From NCBI GenBank assembly GCA_965649205.1, contig CBFGJV010000001.1, positions 32,001 through 96,000 of the forward strand: DNA of 64,000 nucleotides. Direction: 5' to 3'. Positions 19,509-30,581 of the stretch are shown here, one piece after another (the stretch's first letter is position 1; each line of letters starts with the position of its first letter). Under the pieces are notes generated by a model. The model was not told where the DNA came from, made no database searches, and saw only the letters and a list, made by a program, of their open reading frames with translations. The translations under genes and the position numbers were made by a program. The DNA comes from a candidate division WOR-3 bacterium (GTDB taxonomy: Bacteria > Hydrothermota > Tepidihabitantia > Tepidihabitantales > Tepidihabitantaceae).

Positions 19509-21154
19509 AGTACTCCTACCCGGCAGGTACCGCGGAAAGCAATACCGGTATGCATTTCGCTTACCACCTGAATGAGGTAGATACCATTCGCCACTCGCCT
19601 GTTCTGGTTGTTGCGACCGTCCCACTGTATGTAGTTTATGCCGCTGCGGCCGTAGGCGCTGCCGGGAGGACCGTGCCAGGTTCTGACTTCGTTGCCGAAG
19701 GGGTCGTATATTCTTACCCAAGTTTCTGCTGCACCGGGTAGATAATAATAGATGGTGGCAGATTCACGGTTGAAACCGAAAGGGTTGGGATATACGCCGA
19801 CGGTGGAGCTATCCGGTCGGTCTACAAAGATGGAAACGAACGTATCTGCCGCAGCAGTTATCTTGATGGTGTCACGTTCCGGTCCTCGAGCGGCTGAGGA
19901 GAGAAAACGAGCGGTAACCCGGCCCAGGGTGTCAGAAAGAACCAAGGAATCTAGCATTCTGCCTTTTCCGGCAATTACCGTGAAACGGCAGGGAGCAGCT
20001 ACTACCGGTGTATAGTTGTCGTCTTTTAAGATTACGTGTATATAGGCGGTTTCTCCTGCTCGTACGGTGTCGGGTGCGGAAATCTCAAAGCGAGTAGCCA
20101 GCGCTCGAACATCGAGCCAGCTGGTGTAGGTTATGAGATTCCGGCTAGGGGTCGCCGCCCGTATGTTCTGACTGGCTCCGGCTCGCAGGAAACGGGCCTG
20201 AAAGACTGCTTCTCTTCCGAGTCGAGCGCGTTGGGGCTGGACGACAAAGGGAAAGTCTGAATACAGGCTTACGCTCTCGGCCGGGGCTTCCACTCGATTC
20301 CAGCATAGGTCGCATGCATACACCTTTACCTCAAAGTCCCGTCCTACATACTGTGCCTGCGGTGTCCCTGCTTTGCCTGGTGTGTTCCATTCGTCAGTGG
20401 TGGTGTCTCCGGGCAAAAACGTCTCTCCAGGCAGTAACAACAGTAATTGCGCCGGAGCTTGGGGGTCTACAGGACATAGAGAAGAAACGCCCGCCCGTAC
20501 TGGAGAGTTCCGAGAAGGGGTGACGGTTATGCGTTGAGAGTCGCCCGCGGCGCGCAGAACAACAGAGAATACCGCGGAACCATTCGCAAGACGTCCGCCA
20601 CGGGGAAGGACAGAAAAGCTGTCAGTAGAGGAAAAATAGACGCTGTCATTACGGTTAGGCACCCGGTTGTGCCATGCGTCAGTAACATACACCTCCGTGT
20701 CAAAGCCGATGCCAGCTTTCTGTCGGGCCGGGCTGCCCAAACGCCCTTGGAGAGAACCCGGGACATAGGTTTCACCAGGAAGGACAAGAAGGAACTGAAC
20801 CGGCGGGCCGTTTTCTACTCTTATCTGGTTGCTTGTGCCCCAGGCAGTGCGTTGCAGGTTACTGCAGCGTAAGGTGAGGGTTTCGGCCAGGGTTACATAG
20901 ACGAAACCCTCCCAGAGGCCTGAGCTGAAGGAGACAATATTATCTCCGCGGGTGGTATAGATGAAACGGGCCGCGCCATCCCGGCTGGTCATGAGTTCTG
21001 CCGGACCATTGTAGGGAAATAGATTACCGGCCGCGTCTCTGGCTGATATGCTTATATGAAAGGAGTCGCCCGCTCGTTGCTGGGTCGGTATGTACTCAAA
21101 CCGAAACGAGCTTAGCTGGCCGAGGAGTGCAAAGACCAGAACTGTATGTGTCAC
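19502..21154 (-). CDS. Exported Ig-repeat protein with FlgD-Ig/T9SS-like C-terminal domain
   Basis: Two LLxLPGET..PG repeats; VYPNPF...IYDPFGNEVR...WDGRNNQNRRVANGIY. GTG start after TTGACA-16-TAGAAT. Confidence 0.72.
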   Translation of the reverse strand: MTHTVLVFALLGQLSSFRFEYIPTQQRAGDSFHISISARDAAGNLFPYNGPAELMTSRDGAARFIYTTRGDNIVSFSSGLWEGFVYVTLAETLTLRCSNLQRTAWGTSNQIRVENGPPVQFLLVLPGETYVPGSLQGRLGSPARQKAGIGFDTEVYVTDAWHNRVPNRNDSVYFSSTDSFSVLPRGGRLANGSAVFSVVLRAAGDSQRITVTPSRNSPVRAGVSSLCPVDPQAPAQLLLLLPGETFLPGDTTTDEWNTPGKAGTPQAQYVGRDFEVKVYACDLCWNRVEAPAESVSLYSDFPFVVQPQRARLGREAVFQARFLRAGASQNIRAATPSRNLITYTSWLDVRALATRFEISAPDTVRAGETAYIHVILKDDNYTPVVAAPCRFTVIAGKGRMLDSLVLSDTLGRVTARFLSSAARGPERDTIKITAAADTFVSIFVDRPDSSTVGVYPNPFGFNRESATIYYYLPGAAETWVRIYDPFGNEVRTWHGPPGSAYGRSGINYIQWDGRNNQNRRVANGIYLIQVVSEMHTGIAFRGTCRVGVLW

Positions 21155-21344
21155 AAGACAATATATTCTAGAATAGTGAAAGAAGGTGTCAATTCCGTTC
21201 CGGAGTTGGACAGTCTGCCTGCAGATCGGTGTATTGACCCGCTGTTGAATGAGCATAGACTTGGGACAAGGTGAAAAAGGAGGGTGTTCCGTGGGGATAG
21301 ATGAAAAGCGAAGAAGTAGTAGCACATCAAACAGGAGGCTGGCC

Positions 21345-24300
21345 ATGAAGTTCTCTCTGATACTGCTGCTGGCTGGGGTCGTGTTCGCCGAACCGGTAAT
21401 GTTGTCAGGTTATTCCGGAGCATTTGAGCCGGAGATATTGCCCGAATACGATTCGGTAGCCATCGCCGGATACAGGTTTGCTCCCAAGTCAGGAGTACCC
21501 GAGTTTCCGCCTGAGTGGCGTGCCGTATCAGACTACTGCCTGATACAGCTGAGAGGGCCGGTGTATGAGTATATGCACAGGACGCTTTCCAGTTATGGCA
21601 TCAGAATTATTCAATATGTTCCTTTCAATACCTTCGTCTGCAGGGCAAATCCGGCAGAGCGAGCTGCGGTTGCGGAGCTTGATTTTGTAAGCTGGGTGGG
21701 TAACTACGAACCCGCGTACAAGATCAGCGCAGACCTGAGGAGTGCGTCGGATAGATTCCGGGAGGGAAGGCTTGACCTGCTGGTGATGCTATTTCTTGAC
21801 GAGAGTATGGAGCAGGCAGTAAGACGATTCTCTACGCTCGGTACAGTGCGAGAGATTTCAGAAAGCGACGCCTTCAAGGTTGTCAGGCTGGAAATAGATG
21901 CTTCGCGTCTGGCCGAGTTGGCCCGGCTTACAGAGGTAGCCTGGATTGAACCTTGGCCGGAGGTGGTGCACTGTAATGAGAATGCTCAGTGGGTAACCCA
22001 GACTTGGCGCCAGGGTATTCGTCGCATATGGGCAAAAGGAGTAAGAGGAGAAACCCAGGTGGTGAATACTGCTGATACTGGCATTCTTATGGGGTCAGTT
22101 ACTCACAACATGGTCCGCGATCCGGCAGTTCCGATTACAAACTGGGGTGACTTTCCGACCCATCGCAAGGTTATAGCGTATCGGACCTGGTCCGGCTCCT
22201 CGGCCGCATTTGGCGACAACTCAGCCGGCGGTTGGCACGGCACCCATACGGCTGGCACCATCTGTGGTGACGACAGTCATGTCGGAGGTCAGAGTGATGC
22301 CGACGGCATGGCCGTCAAAGCCAAGATGTATTTCATGGACATCGGTACTTCGTCCGGTTCTTTGTCTGTGCCGGGTGATCTGACGAATCTTTACACTTTG
22401 CCTTACACCGGAAATGCAGGGGGTGCTGCTCGTATTTCTTCTCATTCCTGGGGCTCAACCACGGGTGCGGGTACTTACACAGCCTACTGCCAACAGACAG
22501 ACAGGTTCATGTGGGATCGCAAGGATTTTCTGCTTGTTTATGCAGCAGGTAACAGCGGGCCACAGGCATCCACGGTTGTTCCGCCCGGAACGTCTAAGAA
22601 CATCATTACCGCCGGTGCGACCGCTAATGGCACATCTGCCCGTCTGATGGCCGATTTTTCCTCCCGGGGTCCTTGTAATGATACCCGCTATAAACCTACG
22701 GTTACGGCACCCGGTCAGACAATGCTTTCGGCCGTCGGGCCGAATGCCAACAGCTATGGTTACATGCAGGGTACCTCCATGGCAACTCCCTGCGTAGCCG
22801 GCAGCGCGGCACTCGTGCGCGATTACTTCGCGAAAGGATTCTACCCGAGCGGTGAATCGGTACCGGCCAACCGGATGAGCTACATTTCGGCTGCCTTAGT
22901 TAAGGCCTGCATAATCAATTCGGCGGCTGCTGACATCATTGGTTCCACTATCCCGGATAACAATACTGGTTGGGGTCGTGTGAATCTGGATGACGTACTC
23001 TATTTCAAGGATGATGTGCGCCGGCTTCTGATTGTTGATGATACAGCAGGTATTGCCACCGGTCAGTTTCGCGAGTATACGGTTTCAGTTAACAATCAGG
23101 CAGAGCCGCTGAAGATAACTCTGGTCTGGACCGACTATCCGGCCAGCGCTGGCGCGAATCCGGCTATTGTCAATAACCTTGATTTGCAGGTGACCGGGCC
23201 GAATGGGGTGGTGTATCGCGGTAATCAATACTCTGGTGGAGAGTCGCAGCCAAATCCAACAAGCTGGGACAATCGTAATGTGGAGGAATGTGTTCGACGC
23301 CATATACCGGAGATTGGCCGCTGGACTATTAGGGTGAACGGTACCAATGTACCTCAGGGCACTAGACAGCCATTTGCTCTGGTGGTGACCGGAGGCTTGG
23401 GTGAAGAGACTGTTCCGGCCCTGGTTCTTTCCGGGTTCAAGCTGGATGACCCCGCGCCGGGCAACAACAACGGAAGGTTAGACCCTGGCGAGACTGTCTT
23501 TCTGACTGATACAATACGCAATCAATCGGCCCAACCGGCATTTAGTGTTTTGGGCCGTCTGCGGCTGGTAACTCCTAGTCCCCATATTACTCTGCTGGAT
23601 ACCGTGGGATATTTCGGAGATGTCCCGGTGGGAGCGAGCGCGCACAATGGCGAAACCCGCTTTAGTCTTTCTGCCTCCAGCCTGACTCCGGCCGGTACCG
23701 TAGTGGAATTCATTCTGGCTTTGGAAGGGACAGGCTTCACTCAAAACATTCCCTTCCAGTTGAAGGTGGGCAGCAGCGGTTTTGAGGTCATATGGGGCCC
23801 TAAACCTCTGCCCAGCTTTCCCAGTTCCGGTTTTCCCTACGGATTGGCCTATTGTTCATTGAATGACCGTCTGTATGTGATGAACGCCTATTCCCGTAAG
23901 ATATATATGTATTCGAGTGATTCTAATCTGACATACTTAGGTACCATTCCTGCACCTGATACTCTGGGAACTGATATCAAGTATTGCTCCTACGATACGA
24001 CGTTCTGGGTGGCGGCGAATTTCAATGTCGGCGGCAGAAGAGTGTACAAAATTTTACCCGATGGAACTGTTCTTTGGCAGTTTGCCAATCCGGCTAATGA
24101 CTATCCGACTGGGCTTGCCTGGGTGGAGGCTGAGGGGCTTTTGTACTTAGCCGACCGCAGAACGGCGCTGAATACATTTCCTCAGTACGTATATGTTGCA
24201 GACACTTTGGGCAGACAACTGCGCCGGATGGATGTACCTTTGCGTGCGGCCTACGGGGCGCGATGTCTAGCCTATGAGCCGCGCGGACCGGGGAATGGTT

Positions 24301-24842
24301 CCCTTTTGATGCTTTATACAGCCTTCAATGCGGAGGGCACGGCCATTGATTCCTGCGGCGTTTACGAGTTCAGTCGTTCTGACCTGTCCCTCATCCAGCG
24401 TGTGCTTCTACCAGGGTGGAACTGTCGCGGCATTGAGTACGACCCGCGTGACGGTAACTATTGGATAGCGATGCCTCAGTCACCCGATCGCTCCTTGGCT
24501 AAGATCTCCGGGTTCTATGGCCCGCCCACCGGACTCGGTCAGGGTGCAAGAGCAGCTCTTGGGCGAGGTGTATATCTGTGTCCCCCCAGTCCCTGTGTGT
24601 TCCGCAATCAGGTGAAGTTGACCTATCATTTACCTGTAGGAGGACACGTACGGCTTGTCATCTGTGACCTTAGCGGCAGAGTGAAGACCGTGTTGGTTGA
24701 CGGATTCGTTGGGCCCGGAGAAAACACTCTGATTTGGAATGGTAGGACAACGGATGGAATACAATTGTCAACGGGTGTCTATTTCATAAGGCTGGAAGCT
24801 TTAGGTGAGATGCGCGTCAAACGAGCAGTAATGGTGCGTTAG
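21345..24842 (+). CDS. Secreted S8 (subtilisin-like) serine peptidase with beta-propeller and CTD
   Basis: Catalytic motifs DTG, HGTHTAG, AAGNSG, GTSMATP; C-terminal WNGR..GVYF; SD AGGAGG. Confidence 0.92.
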   Translation: MKFSLILLLAGVVFAEPVMLSGYSGAFEPEILPEYDSVAIAGYRFAPKSGVPEFPPEWRAVSDYCLIQLRGPVYEYMHRTLSSYGIRIIQYVPFNTFVCRANPAERAAVAELDFVSWVGNYEPAYKISADLRSASDRFREGRLDLLVMLFLDESMEQAVRRFSTLGTVREISESDAFKVVRLEIDASRLAELARLTEVAWIEPWPEVVHCNENAQWVTQTWRQGIRRIWAKGVRGETQVVNTADTGILMGSVTHNMVRDPAVPITNWGDFPTHRKVIAYRTWSGSSAAFGDNSAGGWHGTHTAGTICGDDSHVGGQSDADGMAVKAKMYFMDIGTSSGSLSVPGDLTNLYTLPYTGNAGGAARISSHSWGSTTGAGTYTAYCQQTDRFMWDRKDFLLVYAAGNSGPQASTVVPPGTSKNIITAGATANGTSARLMADFSSRGPCNDTRYKPTVTAPGQTMLSAVGPNANSYGYMQGTSMATPCVAGSAALVRDYFAKGFYPSGESVPANRMSYISAALVKACIINSAAADIIGSTIPDNNTGWGRVNLDDVLYFKDDVRRLLIVDDTAGIATGQFREYTVSVNNQAEPLKITLVWTDYPASAGANPAIVNNLDLQVTGPNGVVYRGNQYSGGESQPNPTSWDNRNVEECVRRHIPEIGRWTIRVNGTNVPQGTRQPFALVVTGGLGEETVPALVLSGFKLDDPAPGNNNGRLDPGETVFLTDTIRNQSAQPAFSVLGRLRLVTPSPHITLLDTVGYFGDVPVGASAHNGETRFSLSASSLTPAGTVVEFILALEGTGFTQNIPFQLKVGSSGFEVIWGPKPLPSFPSSGFPYGLAYCSLNDRLYVMNAYSRKIYMYSSDSNLTYLGTIPAPDTLGTDIKYCSYDTTFWVAANFNVGGRRVYKILPDGTVLWQFANPANDYPTGLAWVEAEGLLYLADRRTALNTFPQYVYVADTLGRQLRRMDVPLRAAYGARCLAYEPRGPGNGSLLMLYTAFNAEGTAIDSCGVYEFSRSDLSLIQRVLLPGWNCRGIEYDPRDGNYWIAMPQSPDRSLAKISGFYGPPTGLGQGARAALGRGVYLCPPSPCVFRNQVKLTYHLPVGGHVRLVICDLSGRVKTVLVDGFVGPGENTLIWNGRTTDGIQLSTGVYFIRLEALGEMRVKRAVMVR

Positions 24843-24979
24843 AAACAGACAAGATTTTGCCAGAAATTGTCCGCGGATAGTTTCGTTCTACGTGCAGAGA
24901 GTCTCTCAGTGGTTTAGCAGTACTATCTGTAAATCTTCGGTTTGCCTCTTCGGCGTGCGTTTTTAGCATAATATCATCG

Positions 24980-27949
24980 ATGTCAGCCGTCAGAGACCTG
25001 TTTTCCCTTCATCCTGTTTGGGAAGAGGTTGTTACCAGAATTCAACGGGAGGAGCCAGTTTTCCTCAGTCATGTCCCCGGTTCGGCTCGCATACTGGTAA
25101 TTTCTGAACTGGCAAAGAGGCTCAAGCGAAGGGCGTTACTGGTTCTACGCGACCCCGATGAAGTTGAGCTTCTGGTTGCAGACGGTCAAGTTCTTGTCGG
25201 GCATACTGACGTAAACCTGTGGCCTCATCCTGCCGGGCTGGAACAGAAGGCTGCTGTTCTGGTTTCCAGCGAAAAGAACTTGTCTCAGCCTGCGCTGGAA
25301 CCGCTCCCACCGGAAAAGGCAAGTTTACGCCTAGAAGAAGGGGGGAGATGGGAGCGCGAGGAAGTGGTACAATGGTTGGAGGAAGCAGGTTATGAGAGGG
25401 TGGATCTGGTAGCCGAACCAGGCGAGTACAGCGTCCGTGGTGGCATCGTGGATGTTTTTCCCGAAGAAGCAGAGGAGCCAATCCGTGCCGAATTTGGTGA
25501 CCAGGCCCTTCTGTCTTTGCGCAGGTTTGACCCGCTGACGCAGCGTTCGGTGGGAGTTTTGCATGCAGTTGTTATAACGACTAGGAGACAACCTGCGCTT
25601 TCCAGCAGGTTGGTGGTTGAGACGGTACCTCCAGAATGGTTGGTTGCGAGTGAAGTTGAAACCCCGGGCTTGAAGCCACTGGTGTTCCTAGCCGAATCGG
25701 AGGAAATACTGCCCAGCCTCGCTAATACCTCCACTGTTTCTTTGGTTGCCAAATTTGATGTCTGTTGTCTCCCGGCACCTAAGTATTCCGGGAATATCGG
25801 ATTGCTGATGGGCGATTTGGTAGGTGCGTATGAGAGGGTATTTGTTGCTTTGGGTTCTTTGGAGCGTCAGAAGAGATTGGCCCGTCTTTTGCCGCAGAAG
25901 GTGGAATACATTCTTGGTAATGTGAGTGCGGGATTCATCTGTCCGACCGGTTTTGTGCTTCTTACCGAGCGTGAGTTGTATGGATTCACTATACCAAAAC
26001 GGCGACGCAAACGCTTTCGCGGCGTACCAGTTGAGAACTTGACCATGTTACGCCCTGGGGACTTAGTGGTGCACGCTCATCATGGCATAGGTCGTTTTGA
26101 AGGCACGCGGCGGCTGGTTCATGCGGGGACAGAGAAGGATTACCTGACCGTCCGTTACGCAGGAAACGACAGGCTATATGTGCCGGTGGAAAATCTGGCC
26201 GCAATCGATCGCTACATAGGCGCAGAGGATACGCAAGTTCAGCTTGACCGCCTTGGGGGTCGGTCGTGGTTACTGGCAAAAGCCCGAGCAGCGCGCGCTA
26301 GTGCTCAGTATGCTGAAGAACTGCTGGAACTGGAAGCCCGTCGCAGCCTGACTCGTGGCTTTGCCTTCGGCCCAGATACAGAGTGGCAGTTGCAGCTGGA
26401 AGCAGCCTTTCCCTACGAAGAAACTGAAGACCAACTGCGAGTTGTTGAACAGGTGAAGCGTGACATGGAGAGCGGACGGCCTATGGAGCGATTGGTGTGC
26501 GGAGAAGTGGGATATGGCAAAACCGAGGTCGCACTGCGTGCCGCATGCAAAGCGGTCTGCGCCTGCAAGCAGGTCGCGCTGTTAGCTCCGACTACCATTC
26601 TTGCCTGCCAGCACTTTGAAACCTTCTGTCGGCGCCTTGAGTCTTTCCCGGTGCGCGTGGAGATGCTTTCCCGTTTCGTTCCGCTGTCCAAGCGCAGGCA
26701 GATAATTGCAGACATTGCTGATGGGAAGGTGGACATTGTCATTGGTACCCACAGTCTGCTGGGAGAGGAAGTACGGTTTCGGGATTTGGGACTGCTGATC
26801 ATAGACGAAGAACAGAAATTTGGTGTCCGACAGAAAGAAAAGTTGAAGAAGCTCTATGTGCACGTAGACATTCTCAGTCTGACGGCGACGCCGGTGCCGC
26901 GGACGCTTTATCTGGCACTTGCGGGACTGCGGGACATATCGAACATCAACACGCCTCCTCCCGGGAGGAGGGAGGTTTTGACGGAGGTGGCAGAGTGGAG
27001 CGATGATTTGGTTGTGCGCTACGTGGAGCGGGAGCTGGCCCGAGATGGACAGGTATTCTTCGTGCACAACCGTATTGCGAGCCTGCCTCTGGTGGCACGC
27101 AGGCTGGAAAAGCTGTTTCCGGGACTGGATATCGCGGTTGCCCATGGGCAGATGTCTGCGCGGCGGTTACAGGACCTGTATCTGAATTTTGCGGCTGGGA
27201 AATATAAGATGCTGCTGTCTACGGCTATTATTGAATCAGGACTGGATTTGCCCAATGTGAATACCATCATTGTGGACCGGGCAGACAGCTTTGGTCTTGC
27301 TGATTTGCACCAGTTGCGCGGTCGCGTGGGGCGTTCGGGCCGGCAGGCATACGCTCTTTTCCTGGTTCCCGCGACGATGCGGCAGTCAGGGATTACGCCT
27401 GAAGCCCGCAAACGGCTTTCTGCCTTGCTTGCCTATACTCGTCTCGGGTCGGGTTTCCGTCTGGCGATGCGCGACCTGGAGATACGGGGGGCGGGTGAAC
27501 TTCTCGGTACTCGTCAGCACGGACATATAGCCCGTGTGGGTCTCAATCTTTATGCCTCGATGCTCAGGGAGGCTGCGGCCCGCCTGAAGGGTGAGGCGCT
27601 TCCGGTTGAACCAGAGCTTGCTCTGGAAGTCACCGCTTTTTTCCCGGAGGAGTATGTGCCGGACAGTTTTGAACGCGTGGCTCTTTATCGTCGTCTGCTC
27701 ACGGTGCGAGATGAAACTGAGCTGAACGAATTCCGCGCAGAGCTAGTGGACCGGTTCGGTCGCTACCCTTCTGTAGTCGAAAATCTGTTTCTGGTTGCTC
27801 AAGTGCGTCTGATTGCGCGTCAGAAGCAGCTGCTGCGCGTAGAACTGAAATCGGGACGGGCGCGATTGGTCGGGCACCACGGAAGTAAGGAGTTTACGGC
27901 CGATTTAGAGGAACTGGTCGCGCGTCTGCAACAGATGGAACCAATGTAA
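24980..27949 (+). CDS. mfd: Transcription-repair coupling factor
   Basis: RGGIVDVFP, CarD-like HHGIGRF, GEVGYGKTEVA, DEEQKFG, LHQLRGRVGR, DLEIRGAG, TRCF C-terminal domain. Confidence 0.96.
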   Translation: MSAVRDLFSLHPVWEEVVTRIQREEPVFLSHVPGSARILVISELAKRLKRRALLVLRDPDEVELLVADGQVLVGHTDVNLWPHPAGLEQKAAVLVSSEKNLSQPALEPLPPEKASLRLEEGGRWEREEVVQWLEEAGYERVDLVAEPGEYSVRGGIVDVFPEEAEEPIRAEFGDQALLSLRRFDPLTQRSVGVLHAVVITTRRQPALSSRLVVETVPPEWLVASEVETPGLKPLVFLAESEEILPSLANTSTVSLVAKFDVCCLPAPKYSGNIGLLMGDLVGAYERVFVALGSLERQKRLARLLPQKVEYILGNVSAGFICPTGFVLLTERELYGFTIPKRRRKRFRGVPVENLTMLRPGDLVVHAHHGIGRFEGTRRLVHAGTEKDYLTVRYAGNDRLYVPVENLAAIDRYIGAEDTQVQLDRLGGRSWLLAKARAARASAQYAEELLELEARRSLTRGFAFGPDTEWQLQLEAAFPYEETEDQLRVVEQVKRDMESGRPMERLVCGEVGYGKTEVALRAACKAVCACKQVALLAPTTILACQHFETFCRRLESFPVRVEMLSRFVPLSKRRQIIADIADGKVDIVIGTHSLLGEEVRFRDLGLLIIDEEQKFGVRQKEKLKKLYVHVDILSLTATPVPRTLYLALAGLRDISNINTPPPGRREVLTEVAEWSDDLVVRYVERELARDGQVFFVHNRIASLPLVARRLEKLFPGLDIAVAHGQMSARRLQDLYLNFAAGKYKMLLSTAIIESGLDLPNVNTIIVDRADSFGLADLHQLRGRVGRSGRQAYALFLVPATMRQSGITPEARKRLSALLAYTRLGSGFRLAMRDLEIRGAGELLGTRQHGHIARVGLNLYASMLREAAARLKGEALPVEPELALEVTAFFPEEYVPDSFERVALYRRLLTVRDETELNEFRAELVDRFGRYPSVVENLFLVAQVRLIARQKQLLRVELKSGRARLVGHHGSKEFTADLEELVARLQQMEPM

Positions 27950-28069
27950 CCGCCGGCTTACCCAATTTTGCTACTCGACATAGGATACTTAAGGTTGTTT
28001 GCGGTTTAGCTTCGCTTTCTGTAAGGAAAATACTGATGACCAAGACTTTGGCGGTCTGGCAGTGTTGAG

Positions 28070-28495
28070 TTAGGTCTGTGTTTTTTCCGGAAGAGGACCG
28101 AGGGCTATTATGGTCTCTGTGAATTTTGTCACCGCGTCGGCAAAACGTTGACCCTCGGAGGCTGAAATCCATTCCAGATGAAGCCTTTGAGGTTCTATTC
28201 CCAGTCCCCTTAGAAGAGACTGTAGCAGCATTATTCTTTTCTGGGTCTTGTAGTTACCCGAAACGTAGTGGCAGTCACCCGGGTGGCACCCACCGATAAA
28301 AACCCCGTCCGCTCCGTCCCGGAATGCTTTGAGGATAAACTGAGGGTCTATGCGGCCAGTGCACATTACCCGTATAATGCGAATGTTAGCGGGGTATCTG
28401 AGCCTGGCTGTTCCGGCCAAGTCGGCACCTGCGTAACAGCACCAGTTGCAGGCGAATCCTACGATGCGAGGTTGAAAGCCAGGGGAAGAACTCAT
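28070..28495 (-). CDS. mvhD: Hydrogenase iron-sulfur subunit MvhD/FlpD
   Basis: [44 protein letters not shown] overlap with hdrA. Confidence 0.92.
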   Translation of the reverse strand: MSSSPGFQPRIVGFACNWCCYAGADLAGTARLRYPANIRIIRVMCTGRIDPQFILKAFRDGADGVFIGGCHPGDCHYVSGNYKTQKRIMLLQSLLRGLGIEPQRLHLEWISASEGQRFADAVTKFTETIIALGPLPEKTQT

Positions 28496-30489
28496 GTTGT
28501 TTCGTTTGTACACACGAGCAGTGCGTCCAACTGGGCGTCTATTTGTGTGGTTGTGAAATTGCGCAGAGAGATGGCTCCCGAAGGGCATGCTGCCGGACAC
28601 ACACCGCAGCCTTTACACAGTACCTGATTTACTGTCATCACATCGCGCATGGGGTCGTAGACAAGTGCGCCATAAGGACACAGTGCTTCGCATATATGAC
28701 AGGCAGAGCAGGCATCGGGATTGACTTCTGCTACAAGCGATTCTACTACCACCTTGCCGCGATTAAGAAGGGCAATGGCCGAGGCAGCGGCCGCTTTGGC
28801 CTGGGCCACAGTGTCGGGAATGTCCTTAGGGCCTTGGCAGCATCCAGCCAGGTAAACCCCGTCCGTATTCGTGTCTACCGGTCTTAGCTTGGGATGCGCT
28901 TCCAGGTAGAAGCGATCGGAGGAAAGAGATAGTTTCAGCATCTGAGCCAGTTCTTTGTAGCCGGGACTTGGCTCTAATCCAATACCTAGCACTACCAGGT
29001 CTGTTTCGTGTTCAATGACCTGACCAAGAAGAGTGTCTTCTACCCGCACTACTAGTTTGTCCTTGCGTTTGAAGATTTCTGAGGGTTTACCGCGTCTGAA
29101 GAATACTCCTTCCGCACGCACGCGATCGTAGAACTCCTCAAATCCCTTTCCGTACGCGCGGATGTCCATATAGTAGCTGGTAACCTTCGCCTCCGGCAGC
29201 CTGTCTTTGACCATATGTGCCTGTTTGATGATGAACATGCAGCATACGCGCGAGCAGTATTCGTTGCCTACGGCTTTGTCTCGCGAACCTACGCAGTGGA
29301 TAAACACTACATCGCGGGGCGGTCGGCCGTCCGATAGCCTTATGAGTTTGCCACCAGTCGGCCCGCCCGCAGAAAGCAGTCGTTCAAATTCCAGAGCGGT
29401 AAGGACATCCTGGTATTTGCCGTATCCAAACTCGGGACTGCGCGTCGCGTCGTATACCTCCATGCCCGTTGCCAGCACCACGGCACCCACCTGTAGTTCT
29501 ATGTCTCTGTCTTCTTCATCATAATTGATGCATTTCTTCTGGCATGCCTGCAGACATTTCTCGCAGGCACGGGGAAGACGACCCAGACAGTCCTGCGGGT
29601 TTAGGACAAAAGCTGCCGGTACCGCTTGGGGGAAAGGCTGGTAGATTGCTCTTCGTGTAGTGAGACCCAGGTTAAATTCGTCTGGCAGCATCTGCGGACA
29701 GACAGGTACGCAGTCGCCGCAAGCAGTACATTCACTCAAGCTGACGTACCTTGCCTTCTGGTGCACCTTCACTTTGAAGTTGCCGACGAAACCACTAACT
29801 TCCTTCACTTCCGCTAGAGTAAGAAGCTCGATGTTCGGATGTCGAGAGACGTCCACCATTTTAGGAGTAAGAATACAGGCGGAGCAGTCGAGGGTAGGAA
29901 ATGTCTTGTCCAGCTGCGCCATGTGTCCGCCAATAGAGGCTTCTCGTTCTACCAGATATACCTTGTATCCGGCTTCCGCTATGTCCAGAGCTGCCTGAAT
30001 TCCTGCTATTCCGCCTCCCACGACTAGACACGCTTTGGTTACATCGGCGTAGTGTTCTTGAACCTCCTCTAGTAGTCTAGCGCGGGCTACTGCGCTTCTC
30101 ACTAAATCTTTGGCTTTTCGGGTAGCTTCTTCTCTATCCGGATGCACCCAAGAACATTGCTCACGAATATTTGCCATTTCAAAAAGGTAGCGGTTCATTC
30201 CTGCTCCGAAAACTGCGCCGCGGAAAGTGGGTTCGTGCATCCTTGGCGAGCAGGCCGCTACAACAACACGAGTCAGGCGTGCCTCTTTGATGTCGCGTTT
30301 AATTAGGTCCTGCCCTGGGTCGGAACACATGTACATATAGTCTTTTGCGAGAACTACATCGGGAAGCGTGGCTGCGTACTGGACTACCGCTTTCACGTCC
30401 ACGGTCTGGGCGATGTTTGTGCCGCAGTGGCAGACATATACCCCGACGCGTGGTCGCACACCTGTAGCAGATCCCGGGACGGAAGTCAT
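28492..30489 (-). CDS. hdrA: Heterodisulfide reductase subunit A-like flavoprotein
   Basis: [53 protein letters not shown], ferredoxin motifs. Confidence 0.95.
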   Translation of the reverse strand: MTSVPGSATGVRPRVGVYVCHCGTNIAQTVDVKAVVQYAATLPDVVLAKDYMYMCSDPGQDLIKRDIKEARLTRVVVAACSPRMHEPTFRGAVFGAGMNRYLFEMANIREQCSWVHPDREEATRKAKDLVRSAVARARLLEEVQEHYADVTKACLVVGGGIAGIQAALDIAEAGYKVYLVEREASIGGHMAQLDKTFPTLDCSACILTPKMVDVSRHPNIELLTLAEVKEVSGFVGNFKVKVHQKARYVSLSECTACGDCVPVCPQMLPDEFNLGLTTRRAIYQPFPQAVPAAFVLNPQDCLGRLPRACEKCLQACQKKCINYDEEDRDIELQVGAVVLATGMEVYDATRSPEFGYGKYQDVLTALEFERLLSAGGPTGGKLIRLSDGRPPRDVVFIHCVGSRDKAVGNEYCSRVCCMFIIKQAHMVKDRLPEAKVTSYYMDIRAYGKGFEEFYDRVRAEGVFFRRGKPSEIFKRKDKLVVRVEDTLLGQVIEHETDLVVLGIGLEPSPGYKELAQMLKLSLSSDRFYLEAHPKLRPVDTNTDGVYLAGCCQGPKDIPDTVAQAKAAAASAIALLNRGKVVVESLVAEVNPDACSACHICEALCPYGALVYDPMRDVMTVNQVLCKGCGVCPAACPSGAISLRNFTTTQIDAQLDALLVCTNETT

Positions 30490-30581
30490 AGTTTTAGCTT
30501 AGAGTCTTGGCGATGTTGTCGGCTAATACTGTCTCGGTGAAGCATCCTAATGCTCTGTTTCTTTTGGGTGAGCTAGCAGCA

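Noticed and set aside
28070..30489. Selenocysteine in HdrA or MvhD
   Set aside because: Both frames are open, with Cys at the motif positions and no in-frame TGA.
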